Source: Candidatus Electronema halotolerans (GTDB lineage: Bacteria; Desulfobacterota; Desulfobulbia; Desulfobulbales; Desulfobulbaceae). From it: a stretch of DNA of 32,000 nucleotides. This document shows positions 10,040 to 17,558 of the stretch, piece after piece. The stretch lies in NCBI GenBank assembly GCA_942493095.1, contig OW818675.1:1920001-1952000 (forward strand), read 5' to 3'. The translations under genes and the position numbers were made by a program. Positions within the stretch are counted from its first letter, which is position 1, and each line of letters starts with the position of its first letter. The notes beneath the pieces were generated by a model. That model was not told where the DNA came from and did not search any database. It saw only the letters and a list, made by a program, of their open reading frames with translations.

Positions 10040-10954
10040 TCACAGCCGCAGCTGGCTGCTGTGGGCCATGCCGAAGAAGCCGCGTGGCCGGAAGGTCAGA
10101 ATCACCAGAATGACGGTGTAGGCGATCAGGTCGCGGAAAGTGGAGGGAAAGACCATTGCCGTGAAAATTTCAATTGCGCCGAGCAGATACCCGGCCAAAG
10201 CCGCGCCCATGATCGAGCCGCGCCCGCCGAGGATGGCGGCGACAAAGGCTTTCCAGCCAAGCAGCACACCCATGTACGGATCCAGCACCGGATAGGCTTG
10301 GCCGTAGAGAACCCCTGCCACCGAAGCCAAGCCCGCGCCAATGGCAAAAGTGAGCGGGGCCAGCACATTGACAGAAATGCCCATCAGCGGCACCGCCTGA
10401 AACTCGTATGACATGGCCCGCATGGCCATGCCCCATTTGCTGCGATGGATGAAAAGGTGCAGGCCGACCATCAGCAGCAGTGAAACCACGATGATCAGCA
10501 CCTTGACATTGGTGAGATAAACCCCGCCGATCTGCCACGTCTGCGACTCAATCAGGGCCGGGAAACTCAGCCGCTTGGTGCCGAGGAGAATCAGATTGGC
10601 GTTTTCCAAGATGATGCCGATCATCAGGCCGGTGATGGCGGCAGAGGCGCGGGGCGCATGGCGCAGGGGCCGGTAGCCGACCACTTCCACTGCAACCCCC
10701 AGCCACGCGGTAAGAAACATGGTGATCGCCACAGTGAGGAGAAAAATCGTCCAGCCCGGCAGGAACGGCCCCAGTAAGGCCAGCAGCAGCGTGGCAATGC
10801 CGCAGCCTATATAGGTGCCGGTCATGAAGATGTCGCCGTGGGCAAAATTGAAGAGCATCAGCACGCCATAAACCATTGAGTAGCCAATCGATATGACGGC
10901 GTAAAAGCTGCCCCACTGGAGAGCGTTGATCAGATTTTGGAGAAAATAGTCCAT
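10040..10954 (-). CDS. livH: Branched-chain amino acid ABC transporter permease LivH
   Basis: [67 protein letters not shown]. Confidence 0.88.
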   Translation of the reverse strand: MDYFLQNLINALQWGSFYAVISIGYSMVYGVLMLFNFAHGDIFMTGTYIGCGIATLLLALLGPFLPGWTIFLLTVAITMFLTAWLGVAVEVVGYRPLRHAPRASAAITGLMIGIILENANLILLGTKRLSFPALIESQTWQIGGVYLTNVKVLIIVVSLLLMVGLHLFIHRSKWGMAMRAMSYEFQAVPLMGISVNVLAPLTFAIGAGLASVAGVLYGQAYPVLDPYMGVLLGWKAFVAAILGGRGSIMGAALAGYLLGAIEIFTAMVFPSTFRDLIAYTVILVILTFRPRGFFGMAHSSQLRL

Positions 10955-11057
10955 TGCAGGCGGAACAGGTTGTTTTTATGCAATTTGATTCGTGCCGACA
11001 TAAACTGAACCTCCTCACATCGACGGATTTTGGTAAATGTTCATTGCTGCATTCAGA

Positions 11058-11156
11058 GTAGCCGAACCGCCAGCGCAGCTCCGGCATCTGCTCAAAATTC
11101 ATGCCGTAAACACCGGCAATGAAGGTTAGGGAAATAAAGATGGTGGAGATGATGGC
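11058..11156 (-). pseudogene. corA: Short internal fragment of a CorA magnesium transporter
   Basis: Minus strand translates [33 protein letters not shown], the conserved CorA C-terminal region with the GMN motif. Sequence on both sides is non-CorA. Confidence 0.8.
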
Positions 11157-11160
11157 AGGG

Positions 11161-11281
11161 TAAACGCATGACTTATTCTTGACAAATCATACGTTTGCCC
11201 TGCGAAGCAGGAAGAGAGCAGCTCTAAGCAGCCCGCATGGCGCAAGAAGATGATTGGGCTGGTGTTTGATACAACCTTCAT
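11161..11281 (-). pseudogene. Truncated PIN-domain (DUF3368-like) toxin N-terminus
   Basis: ATG at 11281: [40 protein letters not shown]. The (V)VSNTSP...L opening is typical of DUF3368/PIN proteins. Homology ends at the corA fragment junction. Confidence 0.6.
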
Positions 11282-11408
11282 TCCGCGCTGGATATTTGTC
11301 TGGCAGTCTGCAAATCTTCTTCAACAGACTCAGATGCGACGATATAACCGGTTGAGAAATACTCTTTCAACCGTTTTTTAAAATTGTCAAACCCTAAGCC
11401 CAATGAAT

Positions 11409-12296
11409 GGTGATGGTGAACTGTGAGTGATCAATTAAACAAAAGATTATTATTATAATCTTGAATGAACCTCCAGACAGATGCAGTTAAATTTTCGATG
11501 CTTCTCGAAAATGAAATGGTCTTTCTGACAAGTGCAGACAATCTTTGTCTGAATGTCAAATTGAGCCTTTCGATATGACTTGTTTTTCCGCTTCCTTTGC
11601 TGACAATTCTATGCCTTTCAGCTGGAAACACGCTCGAATAAGCGGCGAGTCCATCCGTAAAAAATATTCCGTTCTTTTTGCAATCTTCAGAAAGGGAGTC
11701 CCACAAGGCGGCTGCTCCTGCATTATCTCTTTTTCCAACATGATATCCGACAATAAGCTTTGTTCTTCTCTCGACAGCAAGCCATATCCAAATATCATTT
11801 TCCTTGTCACCAACGAAAGTCCACATTTCATCGGCTTCGATGAAGATTTTTCCGTTGCGGGACATATTGAAAGCCTCTTTTTTGACTTCATTTCGTTTTT
11901 TTTTAACATATTCCTGAAGCCATCTTTTTGAGATGGAAACGGCTCTCGCAATCCCAGCCAAGGAGATTCTTTCAACAAGAAGCTTATCAACTATGCGCCA
12001 TTCAGCATCAGATATTGTTTTGTTCTGAGGATTCTCAACGAATTGACGTGAGCAGTCCTTACATAAAAATTTCTTTTTCCCATTCGCATTGGAGCCATTT
12101 TTCACAATGACTGATGAACCACATCTTGGGCATTGCACAGCTTTCTTCTCCATGTTTGTTTTTTTCATAATGACGGCTTGACATGCGCATCCGACGAAGA
12201 GCCGATGGGACAGAGAGCATCCCTTGCCGCCAGTATATTATATTTTCCAGCAATTTCAACATATTTTCAACCCATCACTCACGATTCACCATTACC
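11409..12296 (-). mobile_element. Complete IS1-family insertion sequence, 888 bp
   Basis: Terminal inverted repeats 11409-11431 (GGTGATGGTGAACTGTGAGTGAT) and 12274-12296 (reverse complement GGTAATGGTGAATCGTGAGTGAT), 20/23 matches. Direct repeat AATGAAT (CAATGAAT if the boundary C is shared) at 11402-11408 and 12297-12303. Transposase ORF inside. Confidence 0.9.
11431..12168 (-). CDS. IS1 family transposase (single-ORF type)
   Basis: N-terminal zinc-binding CPRCGSS...FLCKDCSRQF, HTH, then DEMWTFVG, IFFTDGLAAY...FPAERH, SHIERLNLTFRQRLSALVRKTISFS. Confidence 0.9.
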   Translation of the reverse strand: MKKTNMEKKAVQCPRCGSSVIVKNGSNANGKKKFLCKDCSRQFVENPQNKTISDAEWRIVDKLLVERISLAGIARAVSISKRWLQEYVKKKRNEVKKEAFNMSRNGKIFIEADEMWTFVGDKENDIWIWLAVERRTKLIVGYHVGKRDNAGAAALWDSLSEDCKKNGIFFTDGLAAYSSVFPAERHRIVSKGSGKTSHIERLNLTFRQRLSALVRKTISFSRSIENLTASVWRFIQDYNNNLLFN

Positions 12297-12521
12297 AATG
12301 AATTCGCTGCGGCCTGAAAGCTCATCTTGTGCGCATGGTATATGCCAGCCGCTAAGAAGAAACGTGCCAATTCCGCTGGACCTGCAAAGACATGAACAGC
12401 AATTTGTCTTAACTGTTTGAAGGATTCGTCACATTGATGCGGTCTATCAATAAAGTTGCCATAGTGGATTAGATTACTTTGCGCTTAACGATTTGCTTAT
12501 AAAAATTAATATTCTGATTAA

Positions 12522-13571
12522 TTAATTTGTCGTATCTTTCTCTTCCGTTATGTTCGGTTCTTGAGGAAGACGAATATCACCCTCAACAGGATTCAGTTTA
12601 AGATGCTGCTCTTGAACCGCGCTTTTATTAGATTCAACAACATCTGATATTGCTTCAAACAGATGCGAATGATTAACTTTCTTTTCCGAGTCGGGCTTAT
12701 CCTCTTTCGCCGCCGAAACAACTCCTTTTAATACAGCATTTTTAATGTCACGTCCAGAAATATCTTTGAATTCTGACGCTAACTTTGAAAAATCAACATC
12801 ATTATCCAGTGGCAATTTATCAGGAATTTGTATCTTCCAAATAGCCTTCCGTGACTCCTCGTCTGGCAATTCAAAATGTAGTTTCCAACGAATCCTGCTC
12901 AAAAAAGCTGGGTCATAGTTACCTATTAAATTTGTAGCGAAAATTATAACTCCTTCATAATTTGATAGCTGAGTTATCATTACACTTCTTGTTAAATTAA
13001 CGGCTGTATCTGTAGATTGAGTAACATTTTCCAGCCGTTTTCCAAGAAAAGAATCCGCCTCATCAAAAAAAAGAATAGCTTTATGTTCCGCAGCAAAAGT
13101 AAACGCACTGACAATATTTTTAGGAGTGTCCCCAACATATTTTGATTCAAGTTGTGAGTACGGGAGAACTATAATTTTTGATTTCAAGGTATAAGCCAAT
13201 GCCTCAGCAGCCAATGTCTTTCCTGTACCTGGAGGGCCTGAAAAATTCACAGAAAGGGCTTTATCTAATTTATGTTTTTCCCCAATTCCCCATTTGTTAT
13301 AAATTAAGTCGTAATGTTTAATTTCAGCCAAAACAGACTCTATCTGTTTTTTTGTATTTTTTGGTAAAATAACATCATTTAATGTATATTTAGGTTCACG
13401 AAGATATAACGAAAAATCAATTAATGAAGAAGGCGTTGATGAATTACAATTTTCTTCTTTGTTATCGTCAGCATCTTCAACAACACCCTTTTTTAAGGAA
13501 CTCACCTTTCCTTTGGAAAAATTTCTGAATTTCTCCATTCTCTCGTCTAAAGGCAAATCGTATCGCGGCAT
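12522..13571 (-). CDS. AAA+ ATPase (classical Cdc48/Vps4-like AAA domain)
   Basis: Walker A GPPGTGKT (about 13215-13238), pore loop ESKYVGDTPKNI, Walker B ILFFDEAD, sensor-1 region VIIFATN, C-terminal ISGRDIKNAVLKG. Start at MPRYDLPLD preferred because GAGGGGG lies just upstream of ATG at 13571. Confidence 0.9.
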   Translation of the reverse strand: MPRYDLPLDERMEKFRNFSKGKVSSLKKGVVEDADDNKEENCNSSTPSSLIDFSLYLREPKYTLNDVILPKNTKKQIESVLAEIKHYDLIYNKWGIGEKHKLDKALSVNFSGPPGTGKTLAAEALAYTLKSKIIVLPYSQLESKYVGDTPKNIVSAFTFAAEHKAILFFDEADSFLGKRLENVTQSTDTAVNLTRSVMITQLSNYEGVIIFATNLIGNYDPAFLSRIRWKLHFELPDEESRKAIWKIQIPDKLPLDNDVDFSKLASEFKDISGRDIKNAVLKGVVSAAKEDKPDSEKKVNHSHLFEAISDVVESNKSAVQEQHLKLNPVEGDIRLPQEPNITEEKDTTN

Positions 13572-13590
13572 TTTAGCCCCCTCTTGCAAG

Positions 13591-14190
13591 TCAATCTATC
13601 TGGATAATCAGAGTGTCAAAAAATAAATTACGTTTCATTTCTCCGTATTTATCTGATTTAGTCATCATAGAATCGATACCGCTGAATATTGTATCTATAA
13701 ATTTCATCCCAATACGACCCTCAAATTCTGGAGGTTTTGGAGGAGCAACGAATCTCCTGAATAAATGAGAGAACAATTCGATACATATAACTTTCCATCT
13801 TTGATAAGATTCTCCGGTTAATCCATTGTCTAATATTATAATATCACGTAATCCAGAAGATTTTGTATCTGAAACTATCTTCAGATCATTCTGGTCAATG
13901 CTTGGAACTTTATATCCTCTTTGACTATCTTTGACATCTGGATTATATGCCCAGATTTTAAGATATCGAAAATCACAACTTCGCATTTGACGACTTTTCA
14001 TAAATATCGGCTTAACGATTAAGTCGTCAAAGAAATGCTGTGCTTTTTCACTGACAACGCACTTTCCGTTAGACAGTTTTTCTCCTGGAATCCCTATTAC
14101 TTCAATAGTTTTTAAACTCCCGTCCGCGTTTGAGGAGTTAAAACCTATTTGGAGAAAAATTTCTTCACGTTGCTCATTAACTCGTGGCAT
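13591..14190 (-). CDS. Hypothetical protein, 199 aa, no recognised domain
   Basis: ATG at 14190 preceded by AAAGAGGT. Same strand and tightly spaced with neighbours (15 bp gap upstream; next gene follows immediately). Confidence 0.75.
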   Translation of the reverse strand: MPRVNEQREEIFLQIGFNSSNADGSLKTIEVIGIPGEKLSNGKCVVSEKAQHFFDDLIVKPIFMKSRQMRSCDFRYLKIWAYNPDVKDSQRGYKVPSIDQNDLKIVSDTKSSGLRDIIILDNGLTGESYQRWKVICIELFSHLFRRFVAPPKPPEFEGRIGMKFIDTIFSGIDSMMTKSDKYGEMKRNLFFDTLIIQID

Positions 14191-14205
14191 GACAAACCTC
14201 TTTAT

Positions 14206-14547
14206 TCAGTGCCAATTTTGTAATTTAAGCTTCTTGGCTTCGCTTCGTTGCTTTGGCAAAGGTGAACTTTGGGGAGCTTGTTCCAGCGTAAAAACTTGAG
14301 ATGGCTTGCTATCACAATGAGTTGGGTCCCAAATTTCCATTATAGTTTCTCCTAAGGCATATCCTGCATAAAAGATAACATACAACGTTGAAACATAACC
14401 AAAAGCAGCAATTAAAACAGCAGCAACAGCTATTTCCCATAATTCTTGAAGAAGATATATCAACCCTTCCAAAAAAGCCTTTACTGCTCTTCCTAACCAA
14501 TCAAGCAGTTGATCAAGCAAACTGCCTAACCATGAAAAAAGTCCCAT
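14206..14547 (-). CDS. Small membrane / amphipathic-helix protein with Pro-rich C-terminal tail, 113 aa
   Basis: MGLFSWLGSLLDQLLDWLGRAVKAFLEGLIYLLQELWEIAVAAVLIAAFGYVSTLYVIFYAGYA..., tail QAPQSSPLPKQRSEAKKLKLQNWH. Upstream GGAG. Confidence 0.75.
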   Translation of the reverse strand: MGLFSWLGSLLDQLLDWLGRAVKAFLEGLIYLLQELWEIAVAAVLIAAFGYVSTLYVIFYAGYALGETIMEIWDPTHCDSKPSQVFTLEQAPQSSPLPKQRSEAKKLKLQNWH

Positions 14548-14568
14548 TTTTTTATCTCCATATTTTTT

Positions 14569-14982
14569 TTAACTTAGCTTAAGTTTGCCAGCAATAACTT
14601 GCTTGTTAGGCAATGGAGCATCAGATGGTGCTTGCCCTATGGAGCCTATAGATGTTTCCTCTGTGCTCGGATTCATAAATCCAAGATAAACTTCATCGTC
14701 TTCTTGAAACAAGAAAACAATACATTCTTTAATATATCCAAACGCTTCTCTTATTAGGGATTTAACATCCTCCCATTGATTCTGAAGGAATTCAGCTATA
14801 TTAGCCAGAAAAATCTCAGTAGCTTCAGTGATGTATCCAAGAATTCCTTTAACGTCTGCAACAAAACTTTTCCATAAATCAACAAACCGTGGCCATAACG
14901 CATCAATAATTTTTGAAGCGGCATAAACTGTTGCGGCACCTGCCGCAATACCTATTACAGCACGCAATAATATATCTAACAT
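14569..14982 (-). CDS. Small membrane / amphipathic-helix protein with Pro-rich C-terminal tail, 137 aa
   Basis: MLDILLRAVIGIAAGAATVYAASKIIDALWPRFVDLWKSFVADVKG..., tail QAPSDAPLPNKQVIAGKLKLS. Upstream AGAGGAA. Confidence 0.75.
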   Translation of the reverse strand: MLDILLRAVIGIAAGAATVYAASKIIDALWPRFVDLWKSFVADVKGILGYITEATEIFLANIAEFLQNQWEDVKSLIREAFGYIKECIVFLFQEDDEVYLGFMNPSTEETSIGSIGQAPSDAPLPNKQVIAGKLKLS

Positions 14983-15016
14983 GACATTCCTCTGTTAGTC
15001 TTTATATAGCGACTTC

Positions 15017-16322
15017 GGGGTTCCTCGAAAAATACAACATCCATTCTGCTGCATTTGTTTTGTTATTTTTTATTTTAATATTGAAATTTCAGTCTATTAT
15101 GTTATAATTTCGGCATCAATTCAACTCATGCTGCCGGAGATGCACAGATGAACCAACTTGGATTTTTTGATTTTTATATTCGTCTTTCCCGAATTGACAA
15201 AGCAGGTGATCCTTTAGTTAAGATCAACAAGGCTATTGACTGGGAAATATTTCGGCCAATTCTTGAAGAAGCAAAAAGAAAGCCTGTGAAATCAAATGCT
15301 GGAGCTAAAGGTTATGATTCAGTCATGATGTTCAAAATTTTAATTTTGCAATCATTATACAATCTTTCTGATAAAGGGATGGAATATCAAATTCTTGACA
15401 GATATTCGTTTTCCAGATTCCTTGGACTTCGGGCGGCTGACAAAGTTCCAGATGCGACAACGATATGGCTTTTTCGTGAAACTTTGACCAAAGCAGGAAA
15501 AATCGAGGAACTGTTTTCTGTTTTTGACGAATTTCTTGATGAAAATGGATATCAAGCCAGAAAAGGGCAGATAGTCGACGCTTCCATAGTCAACGCCCCG
15601 ATCCAGCGTAACAGCCGCAAGGAAAACAAGCAGATCAAGAATGGTGAACAGCCTGAAGGATGGAGTGAGAATAAGCAGGCGCAGAAGGATACTGATGCCC
15701 GTTGGACCAAAAAGAACGGCAGAAGCTTTTTTGGTTATAAAAATCATATATCTGTTGATGTGAAGCATAAATTCATCCGAAAATATGCGGTGACCAGCGC
15801 CGAGGTTCATGACAGCAATATTTTTGAGGAGCTGCTTGACCCTGACAACACCAGTCGGGATATCTATGCGGATTCGGCATACAGATCTGAAAAAAAGCTC
15901 AACTGGTTGAACGAGAATGGATACAGAGAGCATCTGAACCGCAAAGGAACACGAAGCCGGAAACTGACCGAATGGGAGAAGCAGGGAAATCGGACAAGAT
16001 CAAAAATTCGCTCCCGGATTGAACACGTCTTCGGCATCCAGGCGCAACGTGCTGGCAATATGATTCTCCGAGGAACAGGTTTCATTCGCGCTGCTGCGAA
16101 AATAGGCTTGAGAAACTTGACGTTCAATATTGACAGGTACGGAACTCTTAATAAAATTTAAGATTTAAAAAAAAGAAACGCATTCAGGAACATATTTCAA
16201 CGGAAGTTTGCTCAAAATAAATAAAAAACAGGAAATAACAATTTATGTATTTGAAATTTTCAACTGTCAAAGACACTATTGATAAGCTGAAAAAACTTTA
16301 TCTCAAATTTTTCGAGGTTCCC
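15017..16322 (+). mobile_element. IS5-like insertion sequence, candidate boundaries
   Basis: Transposase ORF flanked by imperfect inverted termini: GGGGTTCCTCGAAAAAT (15017-15033) and ATTTTTCGAGGTTCCC (16307-16322). The 11-bp core CCTCGAAAAAT is identical in inverted orientation. A target duplication is ambiguous (TTC/CTTC). Confidence 0.6.
15148..16161 (+). CDS. IS5 family transposase
   Basis: DDE transposase with N-terminal MNQLGFFDFYIRLSRIDKAGDPLVKINKAIDWEIFRPIL, DATTIWLFRE, GQIVDASIVNAP, FFGYKNHISVD, YADSAYRS, RSRIEHVFG. Confidence 0.9.
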   Translation: MNQLGFFDFYIRLSRIDKAGDPLVKINKAIDWEIFRPILEEAKRKPVKSNAGAKGYDSVMMFKILILQSLYNLSDKGMEYQILDRYSFSRFLGLRAADKVPDATTIWLFRETLTKAGKIEELFSVFDEFLDENGYQARKGQIVDASIVNAPIQRNSRKENKQIKNGEQPEGWSENKQAQKDTDARWTKKNGRSFFGYKNHISVDVKHKFIRKYAVTSAEVHDSNIFEELLDPDNTSRDIYADSAYRSEKKLNWLNENGYREHLNRKGTRSRKLTEWEKQGNRTRSKIRSRIEHVFGIQAQRAGNMILRGTGFIRAAAKIGLRNLTFNIDRYGTLNKI

Positions 16323-16390
16323 TTCGGATTGCATGGTTATCAAACCCAACAATGACAAAAAAACGATTTGATTGATTTTGACTTAACTGT

Positions 16391-16506
16391 TAGGAATTAC
16401 GCAGTTGGAGTGCCAACCCGTTGATTTTATTCAACTGGCGATTTAAGCGGTAAAAAGACAACTGGCTGTAATAGCTAAACTTCTTATTTCAACTGCGTAA
16501 CTCCTA
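16391..16506. repeat. MITE-like element or solo IS termini with 17-bp inverted repeats
   Basis: TAGGAATTACGCAGTTG (16391-16407) and CAACTGCGTAACTCCTA (16490-16506), 16/17 matches as inverted repeat, 82-bp non-coding interior. Confidence 0.55.
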
Positions 16507-16527
16507 CCAGTTTTTAAAATTCACTGC

Positions 16528-16569
16528 CCATAGTAAAAAAATGGAAGCCAAATAAATTTATTACTATGG
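16528..16569. repeat. Short inverted repeat (9 bp arms)
   Basis: CCATAGTAA (16528-16536) and TTACTATGG (16561-16569). Confidence 0.4.
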
Positions 16570-16781
16570 CCTCTCAGTTTGTTTCAATGAGACCTTCTTA
16601 TCAAAAATAGGTTCCCGTGCAGCCTGCTTTTTATCCTGCGAGTTTTCCACTTTTTCCGCCAGTTGTCAAGAAATATTTCCGGGCCGCACAAAAAGACTTG
16701 CACTGGCACCACAAAAGCAAAAAGGGTTCAGGCCGCCAGCCCGAACCCTTTCTTGTTTCCGCTGTAGCAACGCAGCTAAGA

Positions 16782-17162
16782 TCATGCCAGAATAGGAACA
16801 TCCTCATTCGATTCAGGAATGAACAGATCGGCGGAGATTTTCAGCCCTTTCTTCAGCCGCATGATCATCTCAACAGTTAGCTTTTTCTTTCGTTCCAGAA
16901 CTTGCCGCACTACCGCCTTGGTGCCAATATACGGCTCAAGCTCATTGCTGGTGATGCCTTTCCATTCCATGATGTATTTCAGAGCCTCAACCGGGTCAGG
17001 AAAATCAATGGGAAAATGTTTTTCTTCATAATCTTCGGCAAGCACAGACAGCACTTCAAGCTCGTTGAACTCGTCAGAACCCGGCGGCGCATCAAGCAAC
17101 GCATCAATCCGCTGCATCACCTGATTGTAATCTTCCTCTGAACGTATCGGCAGAATGATCAT
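16782..17162 (-). CDS. higA: HigA-like antitoxin / HTH regulator
   Basis: PIRSEEDYNQVMQRIDALLDAPPGSDEFNELEVLSVLAEDYEEKHFPI...ALKYIMEWKGITSNELEPYIGTKAVVRQVLERKKKLTVEMIMRLKKGLKI, the classic HigA layout. Downstream of the toxin. Confidence 0.85.
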   Translation of the reverse strand: MIILPIRSEEDYNQVMQRIDALLDAPPGSDEFNELEVLSVLAEDYEEKHFPIDFPDPVEALKYIMEWKGITSNELEPYIGTKAVVRQVLERKKKLTVEMIMRLKKGLKISADLFIPESNEDVPILA

Positions 17163-17185
17163 TATGACCTCCTTTCGCGCCGCTT

Positions 17186-17479
17186 TTAAACAGCATTCGC
17201 ATCAATCTTATCGTATTCGGCATGAGTGCCGATGAAGCGGATGTAAACTCGTTGCAGTTCATAAACTGCTTTCACGATCAAGCGGTACTTGTTTCCTTTG
17301 ATATTGAAGCATATTCTGTCGTTCTTGAGAATATCCGCCGTTGAAAAAATATTTTTCATCTCCGCCGGGCCGCTCCAGCTCGCTTTACTGACCACCGCAT
17401 ACCAAGTTTTCAACGCCTGCTCGGAATCAGGATGCTTTTCCCAGAATTCCATCAAAGTTTTGCGCTTGATGATGTGCAT
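17186..17479 (-). CDS. higB: HigB-type mRNA interferase toxin
   Basis: MHIIKRKTLMEFWEKHPDSEQALKTWYAVVSKASW...NDRICFNIKGNKYRLIVKAVYELQRVYIRFIGTHAEYDKIDA. Confidence 0.88.
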   Translation of the reverse strand: MHIIKRKTLMEFWEKHPDSEQALKTWYAVVSKASWSGPAEMKNIFSTADILKNDRICFNIKGNKYRLIVKAVYELQRVYIRFIGTHAEYDKIDANAV

Positions 17480-17495
17480 GATCAATCTTTTCGGT

Positions 17496-17533
17496 AAAAC
17501 GGGGATTCAGACCATCGCCAAAATCCCCGTTTT
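17496..17533. terminator. Bidirectional-type stem-loop terminator between the glutamate synthase locus and higBA
   Basis: AAAACGGGGATT (17496-17507) / AATCCCCGTTTT (17522-17533), 12-bp stem with T-run on the plus side. Confidence 0.6.
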
Positions 17534-17558
17534 TCATCTGTCGTCTTGCGAGGCTGCG

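Larger units (their letters stand above)
11278..12484 (-). pseudogene. Small ORF split by the IS1 element. Reconstructed reading is 104 codons including stop, ending ATGA-coupled to the PIN-domain start
   Basis: Removing the IS and one target copy (12484..12297 joined to 11401..11278) restores one frame: ...FKQLRQIAVHVFAGPAELARFFLAAGIYHAHKMSFQAAANSLGLGFDNFKKRLKEYFSTGYIVASESVEEDLQTARQISSAE*. No clear ATG start, so the 5' end may also be truncated. Confidence 0.6.

Noticed and set aside
12522-14982. Interpretation of the AAA+ module as a bacterial ESCRT-III/Vps4 system
   Set aside because: The Pro-rich tails and KYVG pore loop invite the analogy. However, the short ATPase N-terminus is not recognisably an MIT domain and the small proteins do not look like ESCRT-III. 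Kept only as an analogy to test.
16261-16390. AT-rich spacer right of the IS5-like element as a non-coding RNA locus
   Set aside because: Only low-complexity A/T tracts, no convincing stem-loop with U-tract or promoter pair.
16617-16880. Plus-strand 87-aa ORF right of the MITE-like element
   Set aside because: Overlaps the HigA-like gene, low-complexity, no start context or homology signal.
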